DNA of 64,000 bases. Source: the human T2T-CHM13v2.0 reference genome, Homo sapiens. Both the position numbers and the translations under genes were made by a program. The notes below the pieces were generated by a model. That model was not told where the DNA came from. It saw only the letters and a list, made by a program, of their open reading frames with translations, and made no database searches. The stretch is from the NCBI RefSeq assembly GCF_009914755.1, contig NC_060937.1; one strand, given 5' to 3'. This document shows, piece after piece, positions 60,605 to 64,000 of the stretch (position 1 is the first letter of the stretch; every line of letters starts with the position of its first letter).

Positions 60605-61454
60605 ATGATAAAGTTATATTCATTCTACCCACATTTTGAAAATTTCTCATTTTTTTCTGTGACCAAATTAGAACATGGTGGTATTTTCATATCCTCTAGG
60701 TAACATATAGATTACACATTTTGGGAGAATTTGTAAATGCTCTCCTGTCCCCACACCCCCAGAATATGACTACATTTGTTTTTCATGATGCACAGTAGAC
60801 ATTATCTTCTCCAAGAAACTTGTTTTGAACACTCAGGATGTATTAAGTTCATATTTTTTTGTTTTCATAAAATTCTATGTATACTTTATTAGATACTTTT
60901 CTGTCTTACAAATGTGAAAGAACATCAAAATTTATCTCCAAAGTCCTAATACCTAGAAAAGTGTGTGGGTTATATTAGAAATTTGACAAAAGGGCTGTTT
61001 CATTTCTTTGTTTAAATACTTACTGTTCTAAAATAATTCATATTTATTATAAAATTAAAGCAATGGACAACAATTTCAAAATAATCTTGGTTAAAAGTGG
61101 TGCACATGATCACAGACATATGCAGATATATTTCTATAGCCAGATCATATAAGATAAAAAGGCAGGCACCATGGTTTCATGCCACATGGGGTAGAGACCG
61201 CTAGCTATTAATCTAACACCTGTTCTTCTTTCTGGTCACTTGGCAAACAACGTATCCCAGCCTCACATGCATTTACATAAGGGCACGCAATGGAATTATG
61301 TGTAGAAATAATGTGCATTATTCCTATTCAAAGCCTTTAGCAACACAAAGTGGTACTTTCATGCTTTATTTCCCCTTATTTCAGGAAATAGAAACTATAA
61401 TATATAAATTTTAAAAATCCATATATAATTCCAATATTAAAGTATTTTTACAAA

Positions 61455-62086
61455 TATATTTTATTTTGACTGAAAGATAATAATTGTATATACTTATGGA
61501 GTCCAGTGTGATGTTTCCATACATGTATGAATGGTAGAATGAGCAAATCAGGCTAATCAATGTATCCATCTCCACACATAATTATCATTCCGTTGTTGTG
61601 AGAACATTGAAATCTACTTTTTTTAGCAATTTTGAAATATATAATACATTATTATTAATAACTATAGAGATGTCTGCTATACCATATTCCTTGCAGCATT
61701 ATTCAAAATAACCAAAATGTGGATAAAAACCTAAGTTCTCAGAAGCAACAGAGTGGGTTTTTAAGATATGGTATATATGCACAATGGAATACTAGTAAGC
61801 CTTTCCAAAGAATGAAATTCTGTCATTTTTGACAACATGGAAGAATCTAGAGGACATTATGCTAAGTGAAATAAGTTTGGCACAGAAAAACAAATATTGC
61901 ATGATCTCATTTACATGTGGAATCTAAAAAAGTTAAACTTATATAAGTAGAGAGTAGAATGGGGGTTACCAGGGGATGGCAGGAGGATGAGAAGAAAGAA
62001 ATGTTGGTCAAAGCGTACAACATTTTAATTAGAAAGGACGACTCAATTCCGGTGACCTCTTTCACCGCAAGGTGACTATAGCTAAT
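61455..62086 (-). mobile_element. L1MA 3' end with 5' inversion (61455-61667 minus, 61668-62086 plus)
   Basis: Terminal ~210 bp of the L1MA 3'UTR on the minus strand, joined to the immediately upstream L1MA segment in plus orientation. Both break at the actatag motif. Confidence 0.8.
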
Positions 62087-63269
62087 ATTAAAATTTTATA
62101 ATTTATCTTAAATATTTTAAAATTTAAGAAAGAGTCTTTAAAAAATCAAAGTTTAGAAATATCTGACATCTCGTTGTAGTAATTTATTAACTAAAATTCT
62201 TCTATACCCTTTCTGCTACATATTAAGGCAGATAGATGTAACCCACCTATAATTTCCTCTGACTTACAGTTTTCAGTCAGGTATCAAGGTGGATATAAAC
62301 ATATTGCTGATTGAGCTTTCACAATAAATGTAATCAAATCAAGTATAATATAACTTTGCAATTTTGTTATGTAATTGATGGGGTGGAAGAAGAGCAGGTG
62401 ATGACTGGGAAGGGTGACATGACCCAGGTCTTAACATTTCACTGAAAGTTTCCAACTGGACTTGTTTTATTCAAGTCTTTATTCCTGAACCCCATTTTTA
62501 GGGCCATTCTTCCTTTTCGCTTATCATGTGGAGCATATTCTTCATTCCACAGGGAACCTGATACTACTATTAAAGTATTTTTATCAGCAAAGCCAATATC
62601 TCCCTATACAGATTTATTATCCAGGCTTCTAAGGTGATAAATTTTGTCAAAGAGAGATGAATGATTAACTTAAATGTCAAAGAAAGCTAAAATAAATTAT
62701 CTTTTGTGTGTTGTATGATATTTTGCCCTTACAAAATAGTAAAAGACATAGAATATTATAAGAAAAGAATATTGTACGTCTTTTCTATAATTAACAGCAC
62801 GTCAAATTTTCTTTGTGTATTTGAGAAATCTACAAAACAAACCCTAAATGTTAATTTTCCAAAAAGACTGCTTGACACACTCCTTTGACAAGCCTCTTAC
62901 CTCCCAAACAGATCCTATGAACATAGAATTTTTCCCTCATCTTATTTTTTTTACATATTTTCCACCCCCAGAAAAATTTGCTTAGTGAAGTGATAGTATC
63001 TCTTATTACCGCTACTTTTATAGTCTTAATAATAAACATATCTTAAATGTATTCTGTTATTCACTATAAAATATAGAGGTTAAAAAAGACTTAGGTAAGT
63101 TATAAAGGTGTTCTTATATTATCTGAAACTCTCCTTATGCTAATATCCCTGACTTCCTTGATTAACGGTAATTGAAGGCTTTACTGTTTTCTCATTCTTT
63201 ACTTTTATTAATGAGATTGCCATGCTCTGATAAGTGCAAGCTGCAAGGACACTCTTCATACACAGAAAG

Positions 63270-63490
63270 AGAGGCACAGAGGCAGTGAGGTATCGAGTAT
63301 GCAAGTGAAGACATTTTGGGTTGGAGGTGGATTTTCCAGCCACAGTTGCCAAAAACTTTGTCTTGATGAGAGAACTAGTCAACAATGACGTTTCCAAATT
63401 TTTGATCTGCAAATTCATAAGCAAAATTAAGTATTCAGGTTAAGTCACTAGGTTTGGAGAGAGATTTTACACAGAAACAGAAAAGAACAA
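63270..63490 (+). mobile_element. Old MLT1-type MaLR LTR 3' part, followed by a MIR fragment at about 63500-63600
   Basis: ttaagtcactaggtttggagagagattttacacagaaacag resembles the MLT1 end. tcagtttcctcaactgtaatataaagg is MIR core. Confidence 0.5.
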
Positions 63491-64000
63491 GAGTGTTACT
63501 TAATCTCACTGTATTTCAGTTTCCTCAACTGTAATATAAAGGTTGATAACAATTCCTCATAAGGTCATTGTGATCATTAAACAGGATTAATAATGCACAC
63601 ACAAGCACAGGTATACACATACACACACAAACTTGAAGAAGGGTAATAAAAATCTGAGAATATTTTTAAAAATTCTATTATGTTTACAGACCATAACTAA
63701 TTGATAATTTTGTTGCTATCAGAATAAATATCCCATTGGAGTATCTGATTTCCTCTGTGGTATGATAATAAATAAAATCATAATATAAACCAATCCACAT
63801 TGATATTCTACTGTAATTAACATTAAAAATTTGAGGTGTTTTCAGACTCGTGAACATACTTATGTGCAGTAAATAATGAATCTTTTTATTCTGTTTGGAT
63901 ATTTATAGGATGACAAGTGGATTAAGCTTAGTTTTGCAATAAAATAAATTTTCAGAATAGTCTTAATAGTTTAATAAAACAGGGACTTCAGGCCCCCTAC

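Overview
This is AT-rich, repeat-dense human genomic DNA; a near-consensus AluYa5 supports human origin. No prokaryotic-type systems, RNA genes or CRISPR arrays were seen. Nearly all ORFs in the supplied track are Alu/L1/LTR artefacts or chance ORFs. On the + strand, small GT-AG-bounded exon candidates (92-223, 1416-1465, 4979-5052, 23968-24027, 32971-33071) join in compatible phase into one open reading frame, probably the 3' end of a large multi-exon gene that I could not name. Several candidate alternative last or cassette exons exist, one of which would end the protein in -SKL. The rest is intronic or downstream sequence. It carries about 15 Alu elements or fragments, L1 pieces of many ages, a complete two-LTR THE1 element, solo LTR12C, MLT2A and MSTB LTRs with intact TSDs, a near-full-length Hsmar2 mariner, MER2 and microsatellites. 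The most notable points are the possible alternative C-termini, an antisense LTR12C promoter that appears to have lost its own poly(A) signal, a young AluYa5, tandem AluSc insertions at one site, and an old L1 with a twin-priming inversion. Repeat subfamily calls come from remembered consensus sequences, not from a RepeatMasker run. I see no convincing evidence of a wholly new biological system.
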